A stretch of DNA of 64,000 nucleotides from the human T2T-CHM13v2.0 reference genome, Homo sapiens: assembly GCF_009914755.1 (NCBI RefSeq), contig NC_060936.1. One strand, written 5' to 3'. Shown one piece after another: positions 14,195 to 27,559 of the stretch (the first letter of the stretch is position 1; each line of letters begins with the position of its first letter). The translations under genes were made by a program, and so were the position numbers. The notes under the pieces are model-generated. The model did no database searches, was not told where the DNA came from, and was given only the letters and a program-made list of their open reading frames with translations.

Positions 14195-14385
14195 TCAGTA
14201 GTTCCCAGGCCCTGGTGCTTTTCAGAAGTGGGGACCTTGTTAGAAGTCAAGATCCCCAGGTCCTCCCCAGGATCTTCTGACCTAGCAGGTCTGGAGTGGG
14301 GGCCAGGAGGCTGCATTTTTAACCAGTACCCCAAAATATCTGTAGGTAGTTGTAGGAGAACCGAAGTTTGGGATCCACTCATATA
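14195..14385. mobile_element. MER5-like hAT-Charlie DNA transposon relic
   Basis: cagtagttccc...agcaggtctggagtggggccaggaggctgcatttttaac motif. Confidence 0.7.
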
Positions 14386-16534
14386 CTCCAACGTCTTCAT
14401 TATGTGGATGAGAAAAATCAGACTCACAGAGGCTGTGTCACCTACCCAAGGTCACCCAGCTTGATAATGATGAAACTAAAATTAGAACCCAAGATTCCTG
14501 GCTTCCAAGATGATGCTCTTACTGCCACAGCTTGCTCCTTGCCCTTGCTATGTTTCCAGAGGGAGAAAAAACATAAGAGGCAATATGGAATCCAGTAATC
14601 CAAATGTGCTCTGTGCTGAGAGGTCGGTAGAACATGATAGTTAAGACGCCAGCCTGGTACCAGGCAGACCTTGGTTCCAACCCTGTAAAATGAGAATAAT
14701 GATGATACCCACCTCCCAGGGTTGTTGTGAGATCATCTACATAAAACATTAAACACAGGACCTGGCATGCAGCAAGAACTAGGGGTCAAGGGTTTGGCCT
14801 GTATGAGAGGGATTCAGGCCCAGTTACTTCATTCCCCTGATGTTATGGCAATGGAGGAGTCCCCCAAGCAGGTGGAGGTACAGCTGCCATTGCATTGCTC
14901 TGCAGTAAAGAGTCTTCAATGTAGGGACCTCCTGGGCACTGTGAGCCCTGGTGTTCCAAACCCCAAGATTCCCATTCCCTCACCTACCACAAAATTCATA
15001 TTCATCTGGGAGAACCAACTCAAGGCTCAGCCCAACCCTGCCAAGGTCACCAGAGGATAAGGCCGTGAATCACTTTTCCCACAACTTCCCTTTTAAGGGC
15101 AGGTCCCCAGCTTTTATTGTACTCTGTTTTATATCATTATAATTGTGCTGATCAGCAAGGAGAACAGACCCATTTTTACAAGGGAAAGGAGACACCCACA
15201 AAAAAAAGCCAAAATTATGACAGTTTAAAGCTTGCAGCAAACACTTTTTAAATTAGATCTGCCTTCAGTATGGGTGTCAGACAGTTTCAGAGCAGAGCCT
15301 GATTTGGAGGAGAGGCGAGTTAGCCCTTTTAGGGGGCATGTGGTCGGCAAAGAGGCCAGGAGCAGTTATTGGGAATGAAAGTCACTTACTTACAAGAAAG
15401 GAAGTGGATGGAGGGTGACGTTCTTCGCATTGCTGGTGCCCTGGTGCTCACCATGATGCCAGGTGGGCTTTCAATGCCTGGAGAGGGGAGATGACCATCC
15501 TGATCATCAGCCTCAAAGACCTACCTCTGACTGACCTGGGGAAAGGGACTTGATTTTCTGGGGTTCAGCTTCTTTTTCTCTGGGAGTCTGACCCTCTCCT
15601 CCCACCTGCCCCACTCTCTTGCTACCTTGGGGATTAGTGGCCGGGGCTAAGGGAGTTGGAGCAAGGCCAGGCCTGGGAGACACAGGTGCAAGTCCAGATA
15701 ATGGTGCAATCATCTGTTCTGGATGATGGATCAGAAAAGGCATAAGTGCAATCTTCTTTTTAAAAAATGGAGTGTGTAAATAAGCATCATTACCACATTA
15801 CTGATAGTATTTGGTTCTGTGGCCTTGAGCAGGTCCTTCCCCCTCTTTGTGCTATACTGTCTTCATCTGAACAACTAAAGCCCTGGACCAGATGAACTTC
15901 CATATCCCTTCCAGCTAGAATGCTTGCTGTGCACCACAAAGCCTGTTAGTCTTCTGCTGCCTTCCAGGTGAACCACCAGGAAGGAATTGGAGACTGAAGA
16001 GGGCAAACAAAGCAGACACTGAGGCTGTGATGAGGGGAAGTCTTCCTTTAGAGACTAACCCTGTGCCACTTAGGCAGCGACAGTCCCCTTCCACAGCAAC
16101 CCATGCCAGAGGAGCCTCGCTGCTGGAATGAGGTTCCTGTTCCACGCGTTTGACGTGTGTGCTGATGACTCTGCACCATATGGTAAGGGTGTCCAGGCTG
16201 CTGCTGGTGGGTATTTTATTTCCTTGCCTGTTGGTTTTAAGGAGGCTGTATAGATGCTGCCCTGTGCCCATCTCAGCACAGGAAGCAGAGCTGAGCAGCA
16301 GAGATGAAAGGCATACAGAGGCCAAGGAGGCATCCATCCTGGTGTAGCTGATGTGCTTGGGGCCACAGGTGGTCCTACTCAGGGGCAGTCCCTCTTGTGG
16401 GGCCGCAGACCTGGAGCAGTCTTAGCCTGGGTAAGCCCAGGTGCAGGAGAGAGGAGGGAGGTTTGGCTAAGACAATAGAAGCCCTGCAGTGCCCTGGACC
16501 CATGCCTGCTTTGATAAATAGCCCTTCTCTGCCT

Positions 16535-16619
16535 CCATTCATCTATCCACCCATCCATTCATCCACCCATTCACTCACGCATTCATTCATTCATCCATTC
16601 ACCCACCCATTTATCCATG
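16535..16619 (+). repeat. (CCAT/TCAT/CCAC)n degenerate tetranucleotide repeat
   Basis: ccattcatctatccacccatccattcatccacccattcactcacgcattcattcattcatccattcacccacccat. Confidence 0.9.
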
Positions 16620-19600
16620 TACTTCTTTGCTTTCTTCTCACTCATGAATGTGAGGATACCTCATGGCATCAAGTGCTGTTGGTCATCAAAAGGACCTTGG
16701 AGGAGATGTGCTCTAACTCTCTGAGGCTCAGTCCCTCCATTGCCTACAGACAGCCCTTCCTTCTTGGGAAACTCCAAGTCTGGAAGTTCTTTCTTGAGAC
16801 AAGATCGGCCTCCGTCTCGTTCCCACTGCTTAGTCCTGCCGACTTCCTTCTCCTTTCCAGAGCCACATGGACCAAGCCTGATCATTTCAAGGGACAGCCG
16901 TTGAGCCCAGTGTTTCTCCAAGTGTGGAATGGGCCCTTCGCATGGCTGGGGAGACAATTTGGGGCAGTACATGGACATTTTAAATAGTTATTTTTACTGT
17001 TACCCTTATCATAGCAAGCAATAATAGTGGTGATTTTTAAAAAAAGTTCCCTTTCCAGATTTTTATGTAAGAAAAAAGTGAGTTGATTTAATGAAAAAAT
17101 GAGGAAAAACGCTATGCATACATGGACATGGCAAGGGCTCCAATGGTCCCGGGGGATGCTGCACTGGGGAGTCTCACCTGCGCTCCCTTCCTGCACCCGC
17201 TCCCTCTGTTCCCCTCACTTCACACTGTTCTTTGATTGTGGATATCACATAACTATCTGTATAGGTTGTTTGTCAAGCCCACCTGTCAGGCCTGACCCCC
17301 CGTCTGTAATCCCCACATACATCTCCACGGGGAGGCCATCACATCTCTTCATCATGTCATATCTGAAGTGAGCTTCTCAGACACCCTGGAATTCTAGAAC
17401 CACTAGGGGTTGGGGAAAGGGACATTTCTTAAGTATTTCCTATTTAATGTGTTCAGTTCACATCTTCCCTTTAGTCCTAAAAGAGTCTCTGCAACAAGAT
17501 ATTCTCTCCATTTTACAACCAAAGAAATGGAGACACAGGAAGGTTAAACCATCTGTCCAAGCTGCAATAGTTGTGGAAGAGCTAAAATTCTAAACTTGAT
17601 TTGTCTCCTTCCAGCGCCGTGGACGTCCCACTACACTGGGATGCCTTCTAGCTGCATGCACGAAGGGGAGTGGGGATTATCCAGCCAAATTCACTTTTGT
17701 GGATAAAGAAACTGCGGTCTGGCAAGTTTGCATGGCATGTCCAAGTCCCCTGGGGTCACTGGCCAGCCCACACTTTGGACTCTGTTTTCTGTGAGCCTTT
17801 CATTCTTCCAGCCGTTCTGAATGAAGTCTGAAGGCCACGTTTGATAGTCCCCGTCAGGCCGTAACATTTTCTCACTCTGTCTTTTCTCTTCCTCTTCTCC
17901 CTCTCTTTGATTCAGACTGTCATTACCTCCTTCCTGGACCACGGCAGAGGTCTCCCCACTTCAGTCTAGTTCATCTAAAGATTGCTTTTCATATTTATTT
18001 CCTAAAACATAGCTTGGCACATATCACCCTTTGATCGTGAACCGTCGTCAGCCCAAGTCAACGTGGATGTTAGGTCCCAGATACAACATCCTGGGTAGGG
18101 AGTGTAGACTCTTCCTGCGATCCTGGAGGCTGGCTGGAGTTTAGACCTCACCTGCCTGGGCAGAGGCTTTCCCCCACCGTGCAGACACTCCAGCAAACAG
18201 GGGCTGCTGCTTGTTTCCCCTGAGGATCTTGTGTTTCTCATGTGGAGGTCACCGACCTTGACCAGGACCCCATTGTGCAGCTCCTCCCCTGCCACCTTCA
18301 GGCCTCGCTGCCACCACACATCCTGACCACCAGCCCCAGCAATCGCCTTTTCTCCAAATCCTTAAACTGCCGATTACCAGCAGGGCTCATGTGGCAGGTT
18401 GCACACACAATCTGTGTTGTAATTTGTCCATGGCATGTGTCCTTCCTGCCCACTTGCCTGGACTGTGCACCCCAAAGGCAGGGGAAGCATCTCCTGCCCT
18501 TTGTAACTGCAGTCCTTTGTCCCAGTGCTCTCAGGGTGGGCCCTCGGCACAGGCCGTCCGTGTTGAGGATACTAAGGTGTCCTGGTGGGTGCTGCTCATT
18601 TGAATTCACATGGTCCGGGCAGGGGGAAGGGTTGCCCGGGAAGAAGGGTGGCCTCTGCAGCACCCCTGGAGTTGCACCCCGAGTGCTGGGAGACAGGCAG
18701 CCTGAGAGGTGAAAGCATGTTGTCAACCATGACATGCTGCAGGCACTGGAGGGAGGCCGTGGCTGGGACATCGACCTTGATGGCATTCAGTGCCCTTCAA
18801 CTTCTACTCTGGAGGACTCTGTGAGCCTCTAGTGCCCGGCACTATACAATGCACTGTGGATAGCACAGGAAAATCTGCCCTCAGAGTGCTCCTGCTCCTG
18901 AAGCAGGAGCGAGGTCTTGCACGCTTGCTGAATGGGACAGCCTGGAAAGCAGGCCGTCGTGCCATGTACCAACATCCCAAACGAGCAGTGGACAGACTGG
19001 CCAGGAGGCTGCAGAACCACAGGAAAAGGAGACCGAGAGGCTGGGCAAGCCAAAGCACCCTCCCAGGGGAGGAGAAGTCCAGCTGGCCTGGCTGTGAGAG
19101 CTTCCCAGGCAAGGGGCTGCAGGGGCAGTGATGGAGATGGGTGGTCAGGGAGGCAACTTCTCCACCGGAGCAGTGAGAGTTGGGAGAAGACAAGATATGG
19201 AGGTGGGGAAGGAAGGATTTAAGCAGAGAAGCTGGGTCCTGATGAACTACTAATTGGGAATCCTTATAAGTTCTTGAGTTAGGGAAGTGGCATGTTCAAA
19301 GTGAGACTCTGGAAAGTTCCTTGTCAGAAATTCACTGCTCAGAAATTCCTTCATCCCTTGAAGGTAGGAAGAAGCCACCACTAGGCGGGGAAATATTGGG
19401 TCTGCATCCCTGTGTCCTCCAGCTGTAGATCTGAGGCTGTTGAAGGGGCCTCTTCTCCGCCTCCTCACCCCGGCCTCTCTAAGAGCTGTAACATTACTGC
19501 CTCCCTCCCACAGCCTCATCCTCTGCTCCATAGCTCTGTGCTGTAACAAGAGGCTAAGCACAGAATTACATGGGCTACCCTTGGCTGGGGGTTTGGGCTG

Positions 19601-19824
19601 ATGGCTGTAGATCTAGTCTGAGACCATAATTTGAACTAAGCATCTCCCACACAGGCTGGGAGCTAACAGGGAGGCAGAGCAGCATTTGTCTTCCAGTGTC
19701 TGCACGCTACTGCCTTTTCCACCCAGGCAGGACTAAGTTGAGCTTTAATATGCCCAAATGGCTGATAAGGGGTGGAAGCACTGGGCACCGTTGCAGAGAC
19801 ATCAGATGAGCCCATCAATAGAGC

Positions 19825-20215
19825 TGCTTTCAGAAGCAAGTACTAGAAAACTCAACTCGGAATGACTTTCACAATAAGGAAATTTTATCTCACATACAGG
19901 AAGCCCCAAATTAAGGTGGCACTGAAGTTGGTTCAACTGCTTCCCCCAGGACCTCAGTTTTTCCCACCTTTTCTCTTTGCCCACCCTCAGCATGTTGCTC
20001 TTGTCATCAATTAGCTGTCCTCATGGTCCCCAGATGGCTGCCACAGTTCCAGACTTCACATATAGACATGGATGTTTCCCATTCAACGAGAGATCATAGT
20101 GCTTTTGTGCTGGTATGCCTCTCTGTCTTTCTGAATCAATGAGAAAATTTCCCTTCATGCCACACTGGCAGGGTTGGGTCTCAGGCCACTTCTGAAGCTA
20201 ATGGATGGAGAAGAG
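19825..20215 (-). mobile_element. Old MaLR LTR fragment (MLT1J/K/L-like)
   Basis: tttcagaagcaagtactagaaaactcaactc..tctcacatacaggaag..agatggctgccacagttccagacttcacat. Confidence 0.55.
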
Positions 20216-20534
20216 AAAAGGAATAAAGTCAGCTTTAGCTGGGTTACACCAGTGGTGGGTTCATAGCCAGTGGTGCTCCTCATAAGGTGGTGACCAGGTC
20301 TGACAGGCAGTGGGAAGAAAGTGTGTGGTAGGGGAAGAGTGGGGAGGCCTGTGCAGCAGCCAGCACATGACTCAAAAATCAGGCATTCAGTGTAGCCCCA
20401 ACAAAGCCCCAACACACTTCCCATTCTGACAATTGTGCCAGGTAAAGGGGGTTCTGAGGTGGCTGGGAGGTGAGCTGATGGAGTCCAGCTTTCCCTCTAA
20501 TCACAAACAATGGGAAAAAAACATTAAACTCAAC

Positions 20535-20665
20535 ATTCTGGCTCTACCACCTACTAGCAGTAAGGCTTTGTGGAAGATTATCTAAGCCCTCTGATCTGTT
20601 TGCTCATCTCTATATTGGAGATAGTTTTTACCCATCATGCAGAGTTACTGTTAGGATTAGAACAG
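20535..20665 (+). mobile_element. MIR fragment
   Basis: ctggctctaccacctactagc...ctcatctctatattggagata...gttactgttaggattaga. Confidence 0.6.
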
Positions 20666-20698
20666 AAATGTCCAGGCTCCGACTGTTGCTAATGGCAG

Positions 20699-21535
20699 CT
20701 ATGGTGGAGGTGATGATGGTGGAGATAGGGGAGGTGGAAATGGTGGTAATGGTGATGATGGGGGAGGTGGTGTTGGTGGTGGCAATGATGGTAATGGTAG
20801 AGGTAGTTTGGATGGTGGTAATGGGGATGGTGGTAATGGTGATAGTGGAGATGGTAGAGGTGGTGATGGTGGTGGTGGGGATGGTGATGATGGTGGTGGT
20901 GGTAATGGTGGTGGTAATGATGGTGGTGATGATGGTGGTGATGGTGGTGGTAATGGTGGTGGCGGTGGTGATGATGGTGATAGTAGAGGTAGTAGAGATG
21001 GTAGTGGTGGTGGCAGTGGAGTGGTGGTGGTGGTGATGGTTGGGATGGTGGTGATAATGATGGTGATGATGGTGGTGGTGGTGGTAATGGTAGCGGTATG
21101 ATGGTAGTGGTGGTGAGGGTGGTGGTGGTAATGATGGTGGTGATGATGGTAGTGATGGTGGTAATGGTGGTGGCAGTGGTGATGATAGTGATAGTAGAGG
21201 TAGTAGTAGGGATGGTGGTAATGGTGATAGTGGGGATGGTAGTGGTGGTGGTGGTGGGGATGGTGGTGATAATGACGGCGATGGTGATGGTGGTGGTGGT
21301 GGTGGTTGTGATGGTGGGGATGGTGATGATAATGATGGTGATGGTGGTGGTGGTAATGATAGTGGTAATGATGGTGGTGGTGGTGGTGGTGGTGGTGGTT
21401 GTGGTGATGGTGGGGATGGTGATGATAATGATGATGGTGGTGGTAATGATGGTGGTGGTGGTGATGGTGGTGGTGGTGATGGTGGTCATGGTAGTCGTGG
21501 TGGTGGTGATGGCGGAAGGAGGTGATGTTGGAGGT
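20699..21535 (+). repeat. Complex (GGT/GAT/AAT/AGT)n trinucleotide repeat, about 0.84 kb
   Basis: Continuous 3-nt periodicity. It generates the artefactual poly-M/V, poly-H and poly-T/I ORFs in the track. Confidence 0.97.
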
Positions 21536-23207
21536 GGACATGGCAGGCAGATGGGGATTGAGAAGTCCAGAGCAGGGTGGCCACTGAGCTGCATCGTGGA
21601 GGAGTAGGAGTTCTTGGAAGTGGAGAAAGTGGCAGGGATGGGAAGGGCATGAAGAAGAAAGCTGCCGGAAACAGCCTGCCTGGTTTGGGTGTGGTGAGCC
21701 TTTGGTGTGGCTGGAGCACAGAATGTGGCTGGGGAACGGGGAGGGTCAGACTGTGACAGACCTTGAACCATGCTAAGGAGGCTAGATCCCATTTAAGGGC
21801 AGAAGGGAGCCATTGAAGGCTTTCGAGCAGTAAAACTCCCTAGGTGTCAATGAGCCTGGTTAGGAAGCTCTTTTAATATCCAAACAACCCATGATGGGGG
21901 CCTGAGTGGGGAGAGGCCATGGGGTGAGGCAGAAAGACAGGATCCTGTTCCCTGGGCCAGGTGTTGGTCTAACTCCTGAAAGAAGGTGGGCAGTTAGTAG
22001 AGAGTTTTAAGGCCACTGCTGCACTTTTTCCCCATTTGGGAAATTACATGCTAGCCCACAGGTCACTAAGCAAATGCCCATTGTCCCCAGGAGTAATTCA
22101 GCCCTGATTGGTAATATCTGTCACCCTCTCCACTCCATTGCCCCCAAAGAAGAGGTAATCACCATGAGCACAGTGAGCTCCTTGGAGAGTTTGGGGCTGT
22201 GGCCACACTCTGACACACAGCTGCCCAATGACAGAACAAGTAGCCTTATGAGGACCTGACAGCCCTGGGATAGAGGAGGTCAGTGGAGAAGGGGCTTCTG
22301 CCCTGGGCAGGTGGCTGGCCTGGGTGGCATTTGGGCTTCCTCTCAACTCCAAGAGGGTGACACAGGCAGCATTGTGGCAAAGGTTGATCATGCCCTCTGT
22401 ACTGTTCAAACGCTGGACACCAGGCAAATCAAATGCCCCATGCCTGCCCTGTAGGTTGCAGTTGGAAAAACGTGGGCCATAAGGAGGCCACTGGGGTGTG
22501 CAAATCTACCGCATTGGCTTCTCATCCCCAGACCTGCCTGTGAGAGGTCAGCACAGGCACATGTCTTGGCTGGGGCAGTGGAAGTGAAGAGCCCAAGAGG
22601 CGTGCACAGGGCTAGTGTCAGACAACGAGGCAGCTTTCAGCACCCTGGATCTGAGCACCCACACCCACGTGCTGGGGCAGGGAGGCAAGTCAGGCCCACA
22701 CCCATGTGCTGGGGCAGGGAGGAAAGCATACTCGCAAGAAACTGATAGGCAACTAAGCCATTTCAACTTAACATCCTGGGCAACTACAGAGAAAGAGATA
22801 AGTTTGAGAAGGGTTTTTTTTTTTTTAATTGAGCTACTGTAAAAGCAATGAAACTAGCATACTTTTTAATTCACCCAGCCTCAATTGCTGCTTGCCCTCA
22901 ATAAATAGGTGCATTGTTCTCTTCAAGGCTGCTTTGCTGTTAGGCTATTAGTGGTTTTCCCTGTCCTTCTGCTTTACAAGAATGTCCTGAGTGTAAGCCC
23001 AGACCGTTCGGAGCAGCAGGCACCTTCTAGCAGAGGCTGCTGCAGAAGACCCCCGGCAGGACCTGCCCTCAGGATTGTGAAATCACAGCATTGCCCCACC
23101 TCCCTGCCCAGCCCTTCTTCCCAGTCTAGGCTCACCCTGCGCATCTGTCCGCTGGCCCACTACAAAAGGCTGTGCTGTCAAACATTTAAGATCCAAAAGA
23201 ATGCTTC

Positions 23208-23590
23208 TTTTTTTATTGTGGTAAAATATATATAACACAATTTACCATTCTAACCATTTTTAAGTGTGAAATTCAGTGGCATTAATCACACCCACAATGT
23301 TGTGCAACCATCACCACCATTTCCGAAGTTTTTCATCTCCACAAACAGGAACTCTGTACCTGTTAAGCAGTAATTCCCATTGCTCCCTCCCCCAGCCCCT
23401 CGTAACCCGTAATCTACTGTGTGTCTCTGTGAATTTGCCTACTCTAGATCTTTCATGTAAGTGGGATCATACGGTATTTGTCCTACTGTGTCTGGCTTCT
23501 TTTGCTTAGCACAGTGTTTTCACGGCTCGTCCATGCTGTAGCATGTGTGGGAATGTGTAGGCACCACATTTTGTTTATCCATTTCTGTCA
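23208..23590 (-). mobile_element. L1MB-like LINE-1 3' end fragment
   Basis: ttttattgtggtaaaatatatataacac..ttaaccatttttaagtgt-like..gttgtgcaaccatcacca..ctggcttcttttgcttagca. Confidence 0.8.
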
Positions 23591-25689
23591 GTGGAAGGAA
23601 GGCTTCTTCATGGCTGAATCTCAGGCATAGGTGGAGATCCCAGGAGGAGGAGGCCTTCAGTGTGGGAGGCCTGCTGCCCACCCCTCCAGCCATACCTGGC
23701 AAGCAGGCTTTTACCTGCCCAGCAGCTCCTGTTGGGCACAGTAACCCAGGGGTTTCAGACAGTCCATGGATAGAGACGGCCGTGCTTCAGCAGAAGGAAT
23801 GTCAGACCAGCCATGGAGAAACTCTCATGCCCCTCACATAGGCAAGACATGTGTCCTTGAATCAGCCCCCTCACCTCCATATCCCAAGGAGTTTGGGATG
23901 GGTGTCCTGGTTTTTCTCCCAGCCTCTTACATTCTCCAACTCATCGATGCGCTGAGAGGGCAATGCGGCAAGTGGAGCAAAGTGCTGCAACTCTCAGGAA
24001 GTATTTGTGGCGTGCTGGATGAATACATGGGAGAAGAATGAGGTAGTGAGAGCTAAGAGGTTGTGCATCCTTCATCTCTCAGACAGAGAATAGGCAGGAA
24101 ATGCATGTAGAGGTCGGGCTGATGAGTATTCAAGTTCTGAAACAACCTGAGATACAGCGTGCTGCTTGAGGTGTTATTATTGTGTTGATTGTCTTTTGCA
24201 CCTTGTACTGAGATGGAATTGCATAACTGGGCTTCTCATCAATTCTGTTTGGTGGAGAATTCTTGCTGGCTTCCATAAGTACATTTACATAAATCTAGGT
24301 GGGCACACACAAGCTGTCTTGGTATGAGTTCTCACACCCTGGGTCTGTCACCTAGTGGATGTAGCCACACAGTGTTCAGCACAGGTGGGTGAGCATCCCC
24401 CAGCTCTACTGTGCACATGGGAGTAGACACTTCAGTCAGTCTCTCCAGACTGTCCTGGTCCCAAGAGATCTACCCTGGCATGGCTTCTGCTCACAAGGAG
24501 TCTGTGTTCCTCTAAAGCACAAATATTAATAATCTCATTAATGGAGGGTGTTTTGTTATAAAGTCTCTTTGTATTCATGGTGATCCTCAGAACAACAAGG
24601 AGAGGAAGTGAAGAAGAGGAGCTCTTTATTCCGTCCCATGTCCTAAAATCTCACTGTGCCTTTGGCAGAAATGCACACAAACCAGGGCCTGGCGGTCTCC
24701 CTCGCCATAGCATCTTGGAGGGACTTTGGAAGTTAGCTACCGCTTTGGAAGTGGTATTCAAAGTTCCAAGAAAAACGAAAAAAACACTGATCCCTCTTTT
24801 CAAATCTTATGCAGAACCTGGCACATAAAGCCAGTAAAATTCTTCCGGACTGGTCAGTAATAGGTAGCTGCTGCTGCTTTTTGTGTGTATTCTCTGTCCA
24901 CACTCTGTCATATTGGCTCCCTGGACCCTCTTCAACTGTGTTAGGACCCTTCGACACTCAGCATGTGGGATTATGGCATTGCTCTGGTTCAAGAGGGGAT
25001 GGGGAGTCAAAGCCTCCTTACTTAGCCTTCCTCTTGCCTGCACCTGTCCCGAAGCCCTCTGTGGAGGCCTAGAGCTCTTTGCAGCACTGTAATTTTCTTA
25101 CGTCCTTTTGCACATGAGAAAATAGACCCAGAGAAGTAGAGTGACTTGTCCAAGGATGTGCAGCCAGTTGGTGCCAGAATCAAAATTATTACCATCATTC
25201 AAAGACTTCTCATCAGTAAAGACTCATCATTATTATTCTCATTCTTGAGTCTTTGTCCTCAAGAAGCTTATAATGTAGTTGAAAAGAGTGGTAATATATA
25301 CGTGAGAAGATAAATTGGAAAACTAGGATAGCCTGTACACATCAGTGTCTAATTAGCTCCACAAGTGTTTAGAAGCCATCATGATTCCTGGAACTGGGGC
25401 TCTCTCTCCACTGACCTCTTCTAAATATTTCAGACATGAGTGTGGCCATGGACCCCCCAGTTGCCAGTAGGAGATCTAAGAAATGAACAGGGAGAGAAGG
25501 AAGAAAGGGAGAAGAAGATGGAAATAGGAAGCAATAAAGGAAAAATGGAATTGAAGAGAAAGTGGTAGAAAGGAAGAAGACAGGAGCTATCTGTGGGCAA
25601 GGTCATCAGCCTGCCTCAAGGCTGGCAGGGATCCACCCACTGTCAGAGGAGCAGGGTCCTCCAGGAGCACCGGGGAATCCCTTCCAGCC

Positions 25690-26525
25690 TGTATTGGGCC
25701 GTTGTTGCAGTGCTATAAAGAACTGCCTGAGACTGGGTAATGTATAAGAAAAGAGGTTTAATTGGCTCATGGTTCTGTGGGCTGTACAGGAAGCATAGTG
25801 CCATCTGCTTCTGGGGAGGCCTCAGGAGGCTTCCAATCATGGCAGAAGGCAAAGGGGGAGCAGGCACATCACATGATGAGAACAGAGCAAGAGAGAGAAT
25901 GGAGCAGGGAGGTGCCACACATTTTTAAATGATCAGATCTTACAGGAATGCAGAGAGCTCACTTATCTCCAAGGGGATGGGCTAAGCCTTTCATGAGGGA
26001 TCCATCCTCATCACCCAAACACCTCCAACCCTAGGGATTACAATTGAACATGAGATCTAGGTGAAGTTATGCTCAAACGATATTCTGCTCTTGCCTTCTC
26101 CCAAATCTCATGTCCTCATGTTGCAAAATACAATCATCCCTTCTCCATGGTCCCCCCAAAGTCTTAAGTCATTCAGCATTAACTCAAAAGTCCAAAGACT
26201 CATCTGAAGTAGCAGGGCTGGAGGGCCCGGTAGGAGCAAGATGGAAGGCAAATCCCTTCCACCTATGGGCCTGTAAAATCAAAAGCAAGTTAGTTACTTA
26301 CAAGATACAATGGGAATATAGGCATTGGGTAAACTTTCCTGTTCCAAAAGGGAGAAATTGGTCAAAAGAAAGGGGTCACAGTCCCCAGGCAAGTTCAAAA
26401 CCCAGTAGGGCAGTCATTAAAGAGCCAGAATGATCTGCTATGATTCCGTGTCCCACATCCAGGGCACACTGGTGTGAGGGGTGGGCTCCCAAGGCCTTGG
26501 GTATGGCCCATTTGCAGCTTTGAAA
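25690..26525 (-). mobile_element. MST-like MaLR 3' LTR (~25690-26083) plus the adjoining 3' part of the MaLR internal sequence, truncated
   Basis: LTR similar to the one at 2191, followed by cccaaatctcatgtcctca..aaagtctta..gcctgtaaaatcaaaagcaagttagttactt..ggtgggctcccaaggccttggg, which is typical of THE1/MST-int. Confidence 0.85.
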
Positions 26526-27559
26526 GTCTGGGTGTTTCCATGCTATTGGTCTGGGGTTCATTCTCTCTTCTGCAGTTGTTCGTACCTCCTCTACACTATC
26601 CAACCTTAACACTGAACAGTAGGAATGGGAGTCTTCATCTGTTCCACTTGGCTTCCAAAGCTTCCCGTTTCCCAAGATCACCAAAAGGGCCAGTTTGCAT
26701 GCTGAATATTTGGTGCCTTCTCAATGAGCTCTGTGACCACCCAGGATTTAGGAGGGCACACAGGCCTCTGGCTTCAGAGTTCAGGCATGAAGAGGGCCAC
26801 GGAACTGTATATTCAAGGAACCAGAGGCACGTGGGGCATCTATGAGAACAGTCTTTGACCAACTTTTTCTTTTCTTCACTCCATTCATACTCGCCCTTAG
26901 ATGTTTCTATGACAGCACAACGTATGTTTTGAAGGAATTAACCAAGCTGTCTTGCTTGTTTTTGTTTTTTGTTGTTTTTTTTAAAGTAATTCTAGAAGGG
27001 CAGTCATGCCTCTAAGGTCAGAGTGAATAACACTGCTTCTTGCAACATTTAGTCAGCACACGCACACACACAGTGCACACAAATGCTACACAGTGACCGT
27101 GTCCCAGACGTTTCAACAATAGGCAGCTGTCTTTCTCTGGATTCCTGTTCAGACCCGCTCTTACTGGCTCTCTGGGCCCTTCCAGTTCTATCTCAGACCC
27201 TTAAACAATCAGGCATGAGGATTGTGAAACCAGCCATGTCTCTGGGGATAAGTGGTACCAGTGAACTGCGTTTCTCCAGTACCCCGGCAGGTGAGATGTG
27301 ATGAACAGACCTTTGGCTTGAAGGTCAGAAAGTCTGGTTTCCTGTCCTCTGTGCATTTCTCCCTGGCTTGAGTATCTTGTCAGAATCCTAATTTTTCAGG
27401 TGAGGAGGTTAATTAGATAACCTTTAAGTTTCTTTCTCTCCCAGACTTCATGATTTTAAGAGAGGTCCTGTAACTTCTGCTGGAGATAAATTCGCATAAT
27501 GTGAAGGGACTTTCTTGGGGATGAGGTTTCTGATGGGATGCACATGCTAATGGGGGTTT

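Noticed and set aside
20668-21792. Long ORFs (367, 280, 169, 122 aa; poly-Thr/His/Val-Met)
   Set aside because: Products of the stop-poor trinucleotide array, with no domain, promoter or splice context.
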